Below, one piece after another: positions 47,028-56,296 of a DNA stretch of 64,000 nt. Position numbers and translations under genes: made by a program. Under the pieces are notes generated by a model. That model had not been told where the DNA came from. It ran no database searches and was given only the letters and a program-made list of their open reading frames with translations. This DNA is from Pseudomonadota bacterium (GTDB lineage Bacteria; Desulfobacterota; Binatia; Binatales; Binataceae), in the NCBI GenBank assembly GCA_021323945.1, contig JAJPKA010000018.1:162853-226852 (forward strand), given 5' to 3'. How positions within the stretch are numbered: position 1 is the stretch's first letter; every line of letters starts with the position of its first letter.

Positions 47028-48653
47028 ATGACGACCGAGGGCAATGGTGCGCGTCTGCGTTTGCTTTACGATTTGGGGTGTGCAATCACGTCGCGTATCG
47101 AATTGGATGAACTATTGCCATTTGTCATCGGCAAGTGCCGCGAAGCGCTGTCGGCCGGCGGTGCTGCCGTATTGCTATTGGACCGTGAGACTAACGAGTT
47201 CTATTTTCCCTATGTTGCGGAAAGTGATTCGGAGACCGCGCGACGACTTTCAGGTCATCGATTTTCTGCAAGTCTCGGGTTTGCCGGCTTGGCGCTGAGG
47301 ACTGGTAAATCATTAAAAATCGATCACGTCCAAAATGATCCCCGTCACTACACTGGAACGGATAAGGCTACTGGATTGGCAACCCGCAACCTTATCGCCG
47401 TTCCACTCAACTCGCTTCAGGGCCCAATCGGGGTCATTGAAGTAGTCAATCGCCTGGATGGGCAGGCATTCTCCGAAGACGACGTACATTTTCTAGAAGC
47501 TCTGTCCGGATCTATTGCCATCGCGTTGGACAACGCTCGCTTATATGCTGAGGCGCGCCAAGCCGAGGCACGATTGAGAACCCAGGTAGGAGCGTTAAGA
47601 CGAGATCTCGCCGTTCAGCTCCATTTCGAGGACATGATAGGCACCGGCCCGGCAATGGCTGAGGTGTTCCGCTTAATGGAAACCGCCGCGGGTTCCTCGA
47701 TTACGGTCTTGATAGAAGGCGAGACTGGCACGGGCAAAGAGCTCGTGGCGCGTGGCATCCACCGCGCAAGTGCACGCGCAGATGGGCCCTTCCTGGCGAT
47801 GAACTGCGCGGCGATGCCTGAGGCGCTAATGGAATCCGAATTGTTTGGGCATCGTCGAGGAGCCTTCACGGGCGCGATCCGAGATCAACCCGGCCTCTTT
47901 CGAGCTGCCTCAGGAGGAACCGTCTTCCTCGACGAGGTTGGTGAGATGCCGCCGCTGATGCAAGCGAAGCTTTTGCGCGTGCTTGAGCAGGGCGAAGTAG
48001 TACCGTTAGGCGAAAACTCTCCTACTAAAGTAGATGTCCGGATCGTGTCAGCGACGAATCGTCAATTGAGTGCGGAAGTGAAGGAAGGAAAATTCCGCAG
48101 CGACCTCTTCTATCGCCTTGCCGTGTTTCCAATTAAATTGCCGCCGCTGCGGGAAAGACGTGAAGATATTCCCGCTCTCGTCCAGCGTTTCGTCAAACGC
48201 GCGGCAGAGCGACAAGATAAGACCGTGACGGGTTTCGACGAGTCCGCATTGAGAATCCTCGTAACTTATGACTGGCCAGGAAATATTCGCGAGCTGCAGA
48301 ATGAAGTCGAGCGGGCCGTCGCGATCGCACGTGAGACAACTCTCCTCGGCGTCCAACACATTTCGAGTTCCATCCGGGAAGCCGTAAATTCATCCGGCAA
48401 GACGCAGCCGAGTAGACTCTCAGATTCGCGAGCTCCGGTAGGCGACTCGTATGGCGGCGTCTCCATTGCGATCAGCGAGCTCGTTCCTCCCAAGTATGCT
48501 GAGACGTTTCGAGAAGCGCGAGCCGCTTTTGAAGCACGTTTTATAGCTGATTCCTTGACCCGTTGTCATGGCAACGTCTCACGTGCTGCCAGGTTGATGG
48601 GGCTGTCGAGAGTCCAGCTTCAGCGAAAGCTAAAAGAATACGGTCTGCGTTAG
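47028..48653 (+). CDS. Sigma-54-dependent transcriptional activator with N-terminal GAF sensor domain and C-terminal Fis-type HTH
   Basis: GAF region (residues ~20-170), AAA+ sigma-54 interaction domain with Walker A GETGTGKE, the GAFTGA loop, Walker B VFLDEVGEM, and the C-terminal HTH GNVSRAARLMGLSRVQLQRKL. Confidence 0.85.
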   Translation: MTTEGNGARLRLLYDLGCAITSRIELDELLPFVIGKCREALSAGGAAVLLLDRETNEFYFPYVAESDSETARRLSGHRFSASLGFAGLALRTGKSLKIDHVQNDPRHYTGTDKATGLATRNLIAVPLNSLQGPIGVIEVVNRLDGQAFSEDDVHFLEALSGSIAIALDNARLYAEARQAEARLRTQVGALRRDLAVQLHFEDMIGTGPAMAEVFRLMETAAGSSITVLIEGETGTGKELVARGIHRASARADGPFLAMNCAAMPEALMESELFGHRRGAFTGAIRDQPGLFRAASGGTVFLDEVGEMPPLMQAKLLRVLEQGEVVPLGENSPTKVDVRIVSATNRQLSAEVKEGKFRSDLFYRLAVFPIKLPPLRERREDIPALVQRFVKRAAERQDKTVTGFDESALRILVTYDWPGNIRELQNEVERAVAIARETTLLGVQHISSSIREAVNSSGKTQPSRLSDSRAPVGDSYGGVSIAISELVPPKYAETFREARAAFEARFIADSLTRCHGNVSRAARLMGLSRVQLQRKLKEYGLR

Positions 48654-48962
48654 GGGACGTCACCACCAACCGGGACTCAGGCGCCAGCTGGGCGCAATGG
48701 AGAAAGCGTCCACTGGTGAGACTGTTCTCGGGTCAGGATGGCACTGATCATTCAGGCTGCCCAGCCCTGAGCCATATCGCGGATAAGGCGAGATAAGGCC
48801 GGTGCTGATAACGGGGATGCATCCAGGACGTTCGGTGCTAAGAAGCGGATACACGCCGTAGCGATCAGCAAAAAAACCACATGCTTCACCTAGTACAGGC
48901 AAGGCCAGCATATGCCTCAGTAAGCGCACCTTACCCGGTTCGTATCGCGGATGGCATAGAGG

Positions 48963-49250
48963 TTGCGCTACAGGCGTGCGAGAAACGTTATGCGAAAATC
49001 ATCGCTCCCCAAGCCGTTGATCGCTGCCCTAATCGAAATCGCGAGGGTTCGCTTCGAACTTTTTCACGACCAGTTCGGCCGCGACCCTGAACCTGATGAG
49101 CCCTTGCTGTTCGATCCAAAAAAATGCGTGCCAACCGCGTGTACCAAGGCTGAAGGGCGACTGCAGCTCTTGAGCGCGGCGCTGGCGAGTGACGTTGATC
49201 CCGCCCCGGTTTTGGGCTTGCTTGGTTACGAATTGTCAGCTGACACCTGA
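48963..49250 (+). CDS. Hypothetical small protein (95 aa), uncertain
   Basis: The only plausible ORF in the 640-bp gap after the sigma-54 activator. Its composition looks coding, but I recognise no domain. Confidence 0.25.
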   Translation: MRYRRARNVMRKSSLPKPLIAALIEIARVRFELFHDQFGRDPEPDEPLLFDPKKCVPTACTKAEGRLQLLSAALASDVDPAPVLGLLGYELSADT

Positions 49251-49295
49251 GCGCCTAAGACAGTCTAAGTTGGTGAGGCAGGGGAGAAACGGGAG

Positions 49296-50075
49296 TTATT
49301 TGGGCATGGTTTCGCCTTGGGTTGCCGTCATACGCCGCCAGTGGGTAAAGGGTTCGACCAAATCGATCGGCAGCGGAAAAATCGTGGTTGAGTTCTTTTC
49401 AGTTGCGATCTCGGCCAGCGTCTGTAAGTAACGCAACTGGAGGGTGATAGGGTTGCTACTCATGATTTGGGCTGCATCCGCCAGGCGCTGAGCCGCCTGA
49501 AACTCACCCTCGGCCGCGATAATTTTGGCCCTTCGATCACGCTCCGCCTCGGCCTGCCGAGCTATCGCTCGTTGCATGTCCTGAGGTAGGTCGATGTTGC
49601 GGAGTTCGACCAGCACTACTTTGATACCCCATGGCTCGGTGTGCTGATCGATAATTTTCTGCACCGTCATACTGATCGCTTCACGTTGGCTAAGTATTTC
49701 ATCCAGCTCGTGTTGGCCCGCAGTGGCACGAAGCGTGGTGAGGGCAAGCTCCCGCGTGGCAAAGCGGTAATCAGCCACTTCGTTCACCGCCTTGGGTGCG
49801 TCGATGACTCTGAAATACAGCACTGCGCTCAGCTTGGCGCTGATATTGTCGCGGGTGATAACATCTTGCGCGGCAATTTCCAAAGTAGTGACACGGAGAT
49901 CGACTCGTACCCATCGTTCCAGAATTGGAATAATGAAGACGATGCCGGGTCCTCGTTCGGGCATCAGACGGCCAAGACGAAACACTACGCCGCGCTCATA
50001 CTCGTAAAGCACTCTGATCCCGCTCAGGATGACCGCAATCGCGACCAGGATTGCGATTCCAAGCCCGGTTCCCAT
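49296..50075 (-). CDS. SPFH/band-7 (stomatin-like) membrane protein
   Basis: N-terminal TM helix then the SPFH core [27 protein letters not shown]...[20 protein letters not shown], and a coiled-coil [15 protein letters not shown] tail. Start at the internal ATG (MGTGLG). Confidence 0.8.
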   Translation of the reverse strand: MGTGLGIAILVAIAVILSGIRVLYEYERGVVFRLGRLMPERGPGIVFIIPILERWVRVDLRVTTLEIAAQDVITRDNISAKLSAVLYFRVIDAPKAVNEVADYRFATRELALTTLRATAGQHELDEILSQREAISMTVQKIIDQHTEPWGIKVVLVELRNIDLPQDMQRAIARQAEAERDRRAKIIAAEGEFQAAQRLADAAQIMSSNPITLQLRYLQTLAEIATEKNSTTIFPLPIDLVEPFTHWRRMTATQGETMPK

Positions 50076-50092
50076 GTTGATCTTCCTCCGCT

Positions 50093-51463
50093 TCAGCACC
50101 GCTGCTGCAATCGATTGTTCAAGCGCACCTGGCCTTTGGTCTCTGTCACCTCGAGTTCCAAGCCACGGATTGACCGCACTTGTACCGTTGCGCCACGTTT
50201 AATTGGGGTGTCGCTCACCGCCCGCCATAATTCGCCATGAACGCGTACGCGCCCCGCAGTTTCGGGTGCAATAGCCTCGAGCACTTCTCCCAGTTCACCG
50301 ATCAGTCCTTCTCGCCCGCTGATCGCCGGCCGTCGCCGCTCGCGCATGACTATGTAGCCAAGCCCTAGAATTAGGGCGCTGAAAATTATCGTGACCACTG
50401 CTATCGCGCCGCGATTCACCGCCAGATCGGTCTGTGACGTATCGATCAAAAACAGCGAGCCGAGCGCAAAAGCGAACACCCCGCCGATTCCCAACACGCC
50501 ATAACTGGTGACAAATAGCTCCGAGATGAGAAGTCCCGTCCCCAACAGCAACAACAACAAACCCGCCGTATTTAACGGAATGAATTCGAATGAGGCTAGC
50601 GCGAGTAACAAACAGATCGCGCCGGCCACGCCTGGGAGGTACACGCCTGGATGGGCAAATTCGAAATATAACCCTAGCAGCCCTCCGATCATTAACAGAT
50701 ACATAAGGTTTGGATCGGCTAAGCGGTTAAGGATGCTTTGACCAAGACGCATCTCGCGCCGATATATCGTTGCGTCTGTCAGCGCCAGCACAACTTTTTT
50801 GTCGCCCGGAAGTGATACTCGGCGGCCGCTTGCCATCACAAGCAGGTCGTGCAAGCTGGGTGCAACCAAATCAATCACGTGGAGCTTTAATGCCTCGCGC
50901 TCGTCAATCGCGCTACTATGGCGTACGGCCTCTTCCATCCAAGATTCATTGCGGCCTCGTTGATGAGTGATCGCTTTGGCGAAGGACGCGGTAAAGTTCT
51001 CAATTTTTTGTCCTAAAGCACCTTGTAAAGCACCGCCACCGATTTCGAGTGGATGTGCTGCCCCGATGGTTGTGCCCGGCGCCATTGCGGCGATGTTGGC
51101 GGCTTCGACAATGAAGGTTCCTGCTGAAGCGGCGCTGGCTCCGGAGGGAGTGACATAAGTGATTACCGGTACCCGCGAATTGAGCAAGGCTTTGACCATT
51201 TCCCGAGCGGAGCTAAGCAAGCCGCCCGGAGTGTCGATTTCGATAACTAACGCAGAGGCGTTGTCGGCTTCGGCCTGTCTTATTGAATCGGTGACAAAAT
51301 CGGCTGACGCTGGATTAATGGGTCCGGTGATTTCGATGAGATCGACGTGTCGTGCAATGTTCGACTTTTCGGCGCTCGCCGCTGGTCCGGCCGATAGCTG
51401 ACCTTCGACCAGAATTGCCAACAGCGCGGCTACCACCAGGCTAAGACACCGGCTCGCATTCAC
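50093..51463 (-). CDS. NfeD-family membrane-bound ClpP-class serine protease (stomatin operon partner)
   Basis: Signal peptide, ClpP/crotonase-like domain ([15 protein letters not shown]...[19 protein letters not shown]), multi-TM region and C-terminal OB domain. It overlaps the SPFH gene start by 7 nt. Confidence 0.8.
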   Translation of the reverse strand: MNASRCLSLVVAALLAILVEGQLSAGPAASAEKSNIARHVDLIEITGPINPASADFVTDSIRQAEADNASALVIEIDTPGGLLSSAREMVKALLNSRVPVITYVTPSGASAASAGTFIVEAANIAAMAPGTTIGAAHPLEIGGGALQGALGQKIENFTASFAKAITHQRGRNESWMEEAVRHSSAIDEREALKLHVIDLVAPSLHDLLVMASGRRVSLPGDKKVVLALTDATIYRREMRLGQSILNRLADPNLMYLLMIGGLLGLYFEFAHPGVYLPGVAGAICLLLALASFEFIPLNTAGLLLLLLGTGLLISELFVTSYGVLGIGGVFAFALGSLFLIDTSQTDLAVNRGAIAVVTIIFSALILGLGYIVMRERRRPAISGREGLIGELGEVLEAIAPETAGRVRVHGELWRAVSDTPIKRGATVQVRSIRGLELEVTETKGQVRLNNRLQQRC

Positions 51464-51666
51464 GCTTATTACCCAAGGCTTTGACTTGAGGTTGCTGCCC
51501 CGAGTTAATCGAATACCCTTCTAGAGCCAGCAGAGAAAGGTTACTTCCGATATCAGGACCCTAAAGCTGCCGAAACTGCCCTATACCGCCGGGCAAACAA
51601 TCAGAAATGCTGCTTTCGGGCCTTCTCGACCTGCCGCGATAGCCTTTGAATCCCGCCTGCTCTTAA

Positions 51667-52572
51667 TTATCGGCGTGTACCTCGCGGGGGAAGCGGATGG
51701 CCCAAAAACTTCATCACTTCCTGTATATCTGCCCATACGAGTCGCTTGTCCGTTGGATTGCGTAGAAGATAGGCAGGATGGAACGTGGGCATCATTTTAA
51801 TCCCACGGACTTCGTGCCATTTGCCGCGCAACTTGCTGATAGGGGCCTTAACCTTGAGTAAAGCTTGGACCGCGAAATTCCCCAAGCCGACGATAACTTT
51901 GGGACGTATCAGGTCAATCTGGCGAAAGAGAAAAGGCTCGCAGGCACTGACCTCATCTGGTTCGGGATTTCGGTTGTCAGGTGGTCGACATTTAATAACG
52001 TTACATATGTACACGTCGCGACGCGAGATGCCGATACCACGTTCGATAATGTCGGTCAACAGCTGTCCGGCTCGGCCGACGAAGGGCTCGCCCTGTAAGT
52101 CCTCATCGGCACCCGGAGCTTCGCCGACAAACATTAGCTCCGCTTTAGGATTGCCAACGCCAAACACCAGATTGGTCCGTTGAGGGGCAAGCTTGCAGCG
52201 AGTGCACGAGCCAATGAAATCGCGCAGCATGGCCAGATCCCGAGTCTTCTCGAGGCCCGGGTATCGGTAAAATAACTCGCCAGGGACACTGGGCCGCAAT
52301 AAGCTCGGCGCTGAGGCTGGCAGCTGGTCGGCCAGAGACTGTGGCCCGGTTGAACCACCGGAGTTAACTTTGCTTACTTCCCTACGAAGTGAAGACGTGT
52401 TTGCGCTGCTCGGGTTCGGGTTTGGCAGACCATCAATTCCCTCTTCGCGCAATTGCTCCAGATAGTCCCGCAAGGAGGCGAGAAGCAGAGTGCGATCGGG
52501 CGGCATTTGCTGCATGGCGATTGGCTGGTGTGATATCAATTCGGGTACATTATTGCAGTGGCTTGCTGCCAT
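51667..52572 (-). CDS. Uracil-DNA glycosylase family 4 with ~110 aa low-complexity N-terminal extension
   Basis: Family-4 UDG motifs [30 protein letters not shown] and FVGRAGQLL...HPAYLLR, in the C-terminal 190 aa. Confidence 0.75.
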   Translation of the reverse strand: MAASHCNNVPELISHQPIAMQQMPPDRTLLLASLRDYLEQLREEGIDGLPNPNPSSANTSSLRREVSKVNSGGSTGPQSLADQLPASAPSLLRPSVPGELFYRYPGLEKTRDLAMLRDFIGSCTRCKLAPQRTNLVFGVGNPKAELMFVGEAPGADEDLQGEPFVGRAGQLLTDIIERGIGISRRDVYICNVIKCRPPDNRNPEPDEVSACEPFLFRQIDLIRPKVIVGLGNFAVQALLKVKAPISKLRGKWHEVRGIKMMPTFHPAYLLRNPTDKRLVWADIQEVMKFLGHPLPPRGTRR

Positions 52573-52677
52573 GTCATCGCGGATAATTCAATATGTCCAA
52601 CTCTGGCGGCCGATAATGCCATAGCTTAATCATCTACTTGCAACGAGCTGCAGGGACGGGTAGCAATAGAGCGCTGT

Positions 52678-52750
52678 GGGCAGGTAGCTCAGTCGGTAGA
52701 GCAGAAGACTGAAAATCTTCGTGTCGGCAGTTCGATTCTGCCCCTGCCCA
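52678..52750 (+). tRNA. tRNA-Phe (anticodon GAA)
   Basis: Hand-folded cloverleaf: acceptor gggcagg/cctgccc, D-arm gctc-agtcggta-gagc, anticodon stem gaaga/tcttc with loop ctGAAaa, T-arm ggcag-ttcgatt-ctgcc, discriminator A. CCA is not encoded. Confidence 0.85.
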
Positions 52751-53087
52751 CCTCATGAGTACTGGCTTTCTGGTCTATGGCTTTTCAGCCGGCTCGAGCC
52801 GGAGGCTAGGTAGCGCAGGCGAAGAGTCGGAGCCGGTTGTTCCACCTACAGTCCCCGCATGTAGAGATGATAGCCCAGCGCCATGAGAGATTGCCGGAGG
52901 GATAACGCATTGCGCTGAAAGGCGGCAGTCGTTGGTCAAGTGCGTCAATGCCGCTGGGTACGTGATGCGGAGCAGCTTGGTACGTGCCGATATCTGCCAC
53001 GGAAGCGAGCATAGTTAATCATTTCCCATCGGTTTAAACAGTGCCCGTGACTGTAAGTAAGATGCTCTACCGCCATCGGAGAGATCG

Positions 53088-53803
53088 TCAGGACAAAACC
53101 CCAGCGAGACCGATGCTGCTCGAATGGCCCTCTGTCACTGCAATTTGGCGGTCGGATCTCGCCCAAAGCCGAATACCAATCACGATGACGAATAGTGAAA
53201 GCCCGAGCGGTAGTGCGATTTGGTTTAATTCCAAACCGACCAGCTCCGCGCCGCTGAGAACGAAGGCGAAAATTACGACGGTCATGCCGAGAAGCCGCGA
53301 TGCCGAGCGGGCCCTGGCTTGCCCGGATACAGCTAGGCGCCGAGCCAGCAAAATAATAACCGTCGAAACCATCTACCAACAGCATCCCCAATGAAAAAGC
53401 GGCTCCAGTGACAAGTGCATTACTCTGCCCTGCAAGCATAAGGGCGGAAAGCTGAGAAGTTGTTTCAAATCCCGCCGCCAGCGAAATGCCTAAGACGAAC
53501 GGCCGAGCAATGGCGAAATGCTTTCGACTGATAACCTGGTTAACGCCACGAATGAGCCTCCACAGATTCAGCCCCACCTGTCAAGACCAAGGACTAAAGT
53601 CCCAGAAACGCAAACCTAATTGGCGAGGACCCTTCCTATGCCGATGGCTAAAGAATCACAACCAGGCCTTGACCCAGGGCGAAGAAAAGGCCGTTGCTGA
53701 CACGAGGGCGAATGCGCGCGAGACCGTTAATGGCGGCCAAGTGATCGGAGTCAGTGCCCTGGCGCATGCCTAAAGCGAAGGCCACGATTATTACGGCATT
53801 CAT
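53088..53803 (-). pseudogene. Disrupted NicO/RcnA/NhlF-family nickel/cobalt transporter (in-frame stop plus at least one frameshift)
   Basis: Hand translation of the minus strand from ATG 53803 gives MNAVIIVAFALGMRQGTDSDHLAAINGLARIRPRVSNGLFFALGQGLVVIL*, which carries the NicO HxxDADH-type motif. Downstream fragments in two other frames carry GFETTSQLSAL (compare GLGFDTATE) and LLVDGFDG. The annotated ORFs 52945-53577 and 53088-53372 are pieces of this gene. Confidence 0.55.
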
Positions 53804-53974
53804 GTGTCGACTGGGAGTTATGCTCGGACGCCAGCGTCGCCCAAAAGATTCAACTGATGCGACTCGCCAGCGCCGTGGCTGCGCCTGCAGGGGAATGAAG
53901 ACTGAGAAAAAATTACTGCGTCCTCACCGTCCGGTAGATGGCCGGGTTGTTCATTTCTTGGCTGTCGAGACTTC

Positions 53975-54328
53975 CTAAACTGCCTCAAGCCGTGCCCTCA
54001 CGGCACGCATGCGCTGGGCAAGATCGGTTTCACTTACCAGACCGCGGCTCAGCATGACGTGAACCAATGCGAGCAGCTGACGCTCTGGTGCAGGAACGTC
54101 GCGATAGACAGTCTCCCCGAGCTCATCTTCGGCCCGGCGCCAGTCGAGTAGCGGAAGAACGCCATTGGCCACGAGACAGTCGCACATGGCTGTGAGGCTT
54201 GTTTTCCACGGTGGATTCGGGTTGGTAACTCCGTAACGTGGCGCAAGGGTCTTCCAGGTTTTGTCCTGGTTACGGAGAGCCTCGAGCAACTGAAACGGGC
54301 CCCGTTCGACGTCGTCCTTGTCGCTCAT
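53975..54328 (-). CDS. Putative nitrile hydratase/thiocyanate hydrolase accessory (activator, P15K-like) protein
   Basis: 117 aa from ATG 54328 (MSDKDDVERGPF...), GGGAGA SD 7 nt upstream, 20 nt after the alpha-subunit stop, same strand. The assignment rests on position and size only. Confidence 0.35.
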   Translation of the reverse strand: MSDKDDVERGPFQLLEALRNQDKTWKTLAPRYGVTNPNPPWKTSLTAMCDCLVANGVLPLLDWRRAEDELGETVYRDVPAPERQLLALVHVMLSRGLVSETDLAQRMRAVRARLEAV

Positions 54329-54347
54329 CGATATTTCTCCCTTAGCG

Positions 54348-55064
54348 TTAAGAACGTTGGACCGGTCGGCGTGCCTTCTGAACTGGATGGACGTCTGCGG
54401 TCCTGCCTGGCCGTGGCAGGGCGACGCCAATCATGCAGTCGCGCGTGACGATGGCCGCCAACTGCTCTTCGGTCCAATTCTCAGTGCCTTCGGGACGCAT
54501 GGGGAGGACCATGAAGCGGCATTTCTGATTGGAATCCTCGACCCGTATCTCAACCTCAGGAGGGAGTATCAGACCGAACTCGGCGAGTACCTGGCGGGGC
54601 CAGCGGACCAGCCGCCGTCGGTAATTTGTTGTACGATACCATTCGGGCGACATCCCGAGCAGCGGGCGTGGATAACACGAACAGAGTGTGCAAACGATCA
54701 CATGATGCAGCGTTGGAGTGTCCTCGAGGACGCGCAGGTTCATATAGTCGCTGGGAGTGCCGAAGCCGGTAGGCTCAGCCCAATCGATCCCGATCTCTTT
54801 GCAGGCTTTAACCGCGTCCTCCAGTAGACGTTTTTTAAAAGCAGGATCGGTCCACGCTTTAGCAACCAACCGGGAACCTGCGGCGGGCCCAATCGACTCA
54901 GCCCATTCAGTAAATCTCCGATGGTCCTCGGCCGTAAAAAGGCCGTGCTCAATTGCAAGCTCGCGCACCGCAATTTCGAGAACCTCGAAGTCGGTTATTT
55001 CTTCCACCATCGGCGCAGCGGGATGGTCGCCCCCGCCATCCCCAGGCGAGTGTGTATGGCTCAT
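54348..55064 (-). CDS. Nitrile hydratase alpha subunit (cobalt type) / thiocyanate hydrolase gamma-like subunit
   Basis: Metal-binding motif VIVCTLCSCYPRPLLG (Co-type CTLCSC, with Thr and Tyr) and conserved flanking NHase-alpha regions. Confidence 0.85.
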   Translation of the reverse strand: MSHTHSPGDGGGDHPAAPMVEEITDFEVLEIAVRELAIEHGLFTAEDHRRFTEWAESIGPAAGSRLVAKAWTDPAFKKRLLEDAVKACKEIGIDWAEPTGFGTPSDYMNLRVLEDTPTLHHVIVCTLCSCYPRPLLGMSPEWYRTTNYRRRLVRWPRQVLAEFGLILPPEVEIRVEDSNQKCRFMVLPMRPEGTENWTEEQLAAIVTRDCMIGVALPRPGRTADVHPVQKARRPVQRS

Positions 55065-55093
55065 GATCTTACTTCCTTTCCATTTCGCTCCGG

Positions 55094-55420
55094 TCAGCTA
55101 TCGACCGGCTCAAGCCAGCGCTCGGGAGATTCGGTCTGAAGCGAGTCGTTTTCGAACGGGTATTCAGGCCAGAGATCCTTCTGCCGGAAGCGTACGATGT
55201 AGTATTGTTCCAGCCGGCCGTCCCGATTGAAGGCCTCATCTTCGGGGAGAACGTCCTGATAGGTTAATGCTGCGATTGTGCCCACTGCGCCACGGACATA
55301 CATTTGCGTGCGGCTGTAGAACAGGTTCGGCAGGTCCTTGACGCGCACGCGGTCGCCGACCTTGAAACGAGCCTCGACCGCCCTCGTACGGTTTTTTGCT
55401 GAAGGCTTATTGCTTGGCAT
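55094..55420 (-). CDS. Nitrile hydratase beta subunit, C-terminal half as separate gene (SCNase alpha-like / ToyK/L-like)
   Basis: ARFKVGDRVRVKDLP...YVRGAVGTIAALTY is the SH3-like C-terminal barrel of NHase beta. Its start overlaps the stop of the upstream gene by 14 nt. Confidence 0.75.
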   Translation of the reverse strand: MPSNKPSAKNRTRAVEARFKVGDRVRVKDLPNLFYSRTQMYVRGAVGTIAALTYQDVLPEDEAFNRDGRLEQYYIVRFRQKDLWPEYPFENDSLQTESPERWLEPVDS

Positions 55421-55833
55421 AGCGGGCTTTCACCTCGGCGATCTTTTCGATCAGTTCCGTCAATGACACATGGTTTTTATCCACGAGCATTCGAGCTGCC
55501 GCCAAAATCCATCGCCCGTAATAGGGGATGCCGAGATAGAGCGTATAGCCCAGATCATTGTCGGCGCGCCGACGCCTTTCCTCCGAGTTCCAGATACCTC
55601 TCCAGCCAAGAACTTCGCACGTAACATACGTGTTCAGTTCCCATTGCTCCTCCTCCTTTTCTTCATAGACCCCGGGCGCGTCGAATTGGCCGCCAACATC
55701 ATGGGGTGGATGCAAGTAAGCCTTGAAAAGGGCGCTGTCCACCTCATAATTCCAGTTCTGCGGCAGATGAAGCGCGGGCTGGATGGCGCCGATAAGTTCC
55801 AGCTGCTGGCGAAGCTCGTCTCGCACGGCCACT
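55407..55833 (-). CDS. Nitrile hydratase beta subunit, N-terminal half as separate gene (SCNase beta-like)
   Basis: Contains the PPHDVGG motif and helical N-half of NHase beta. Start placed at GTG 55833 (VAVRDELRQ...) with GAGGAGG SD about 9 nt upstream. The annotated 248-aa ORF's first ~105 aa look non-coding. Confidence 0.6.
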
Positions 55834-56296
55834 TTATGGAGCCTCCTCTTCCTCTCCGGCTGAGATTGACGGTTTAATACCGTATTCGACGTTTTTACGT
55901 CAAAATCATCTCTTCTCGCAATATCCGATTGTCGCGAGATTTTCCTGACTACAGGAGGGTTCGACTCGATATTGTTCGTGGCTCGAACGAAGCAGATACA
56001 AGTGGTGCTAAGTGGCCGAAGCAGTAGTTTTGGGGAAAAGGTTCTGTTCTGCGATTGTACGTTCGCAAATCGCAGTCTGGTTGGTCTTTGACCGGCGGAG
56101 AACGCTGCACGACCCCCGCAAAAACAGCGGCCCGAAAATCGCATAGACGCCATATAGGCGTGGATACTTGGCCGACGCCGTGAGCTCCAACGGTTGCGCG
56201 GGACCGGCGCAGCTTGGAGACGCGTATTAGGGTCGAAATATGCGGTTAAGCTGGTAGTCCGCTTACCGCATTACCGATTAGGGTCCCCAGTGCGCC

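Noticed and set aside
52945-53577. Annotated 210-aa ORF, and the 94-aa ORF at 53088-53372, as real genes
   Set aside because: Both are fragments, in different frames, of one disrupted NicO-family transporter gene. The distal two-thirds of the 210-aa ORF is out-of-frame read-through.
55834-56153. N-terminal ~105 aa of the annotated 248-aa NHase beta N-half ORF
   Set aside because: The sequence upstream of VAVRDEL is Cys/Arg/Ser-rich and not NHase-like. A GTG with a GAGGAGG SD sits exactly where the conserved domain begins.
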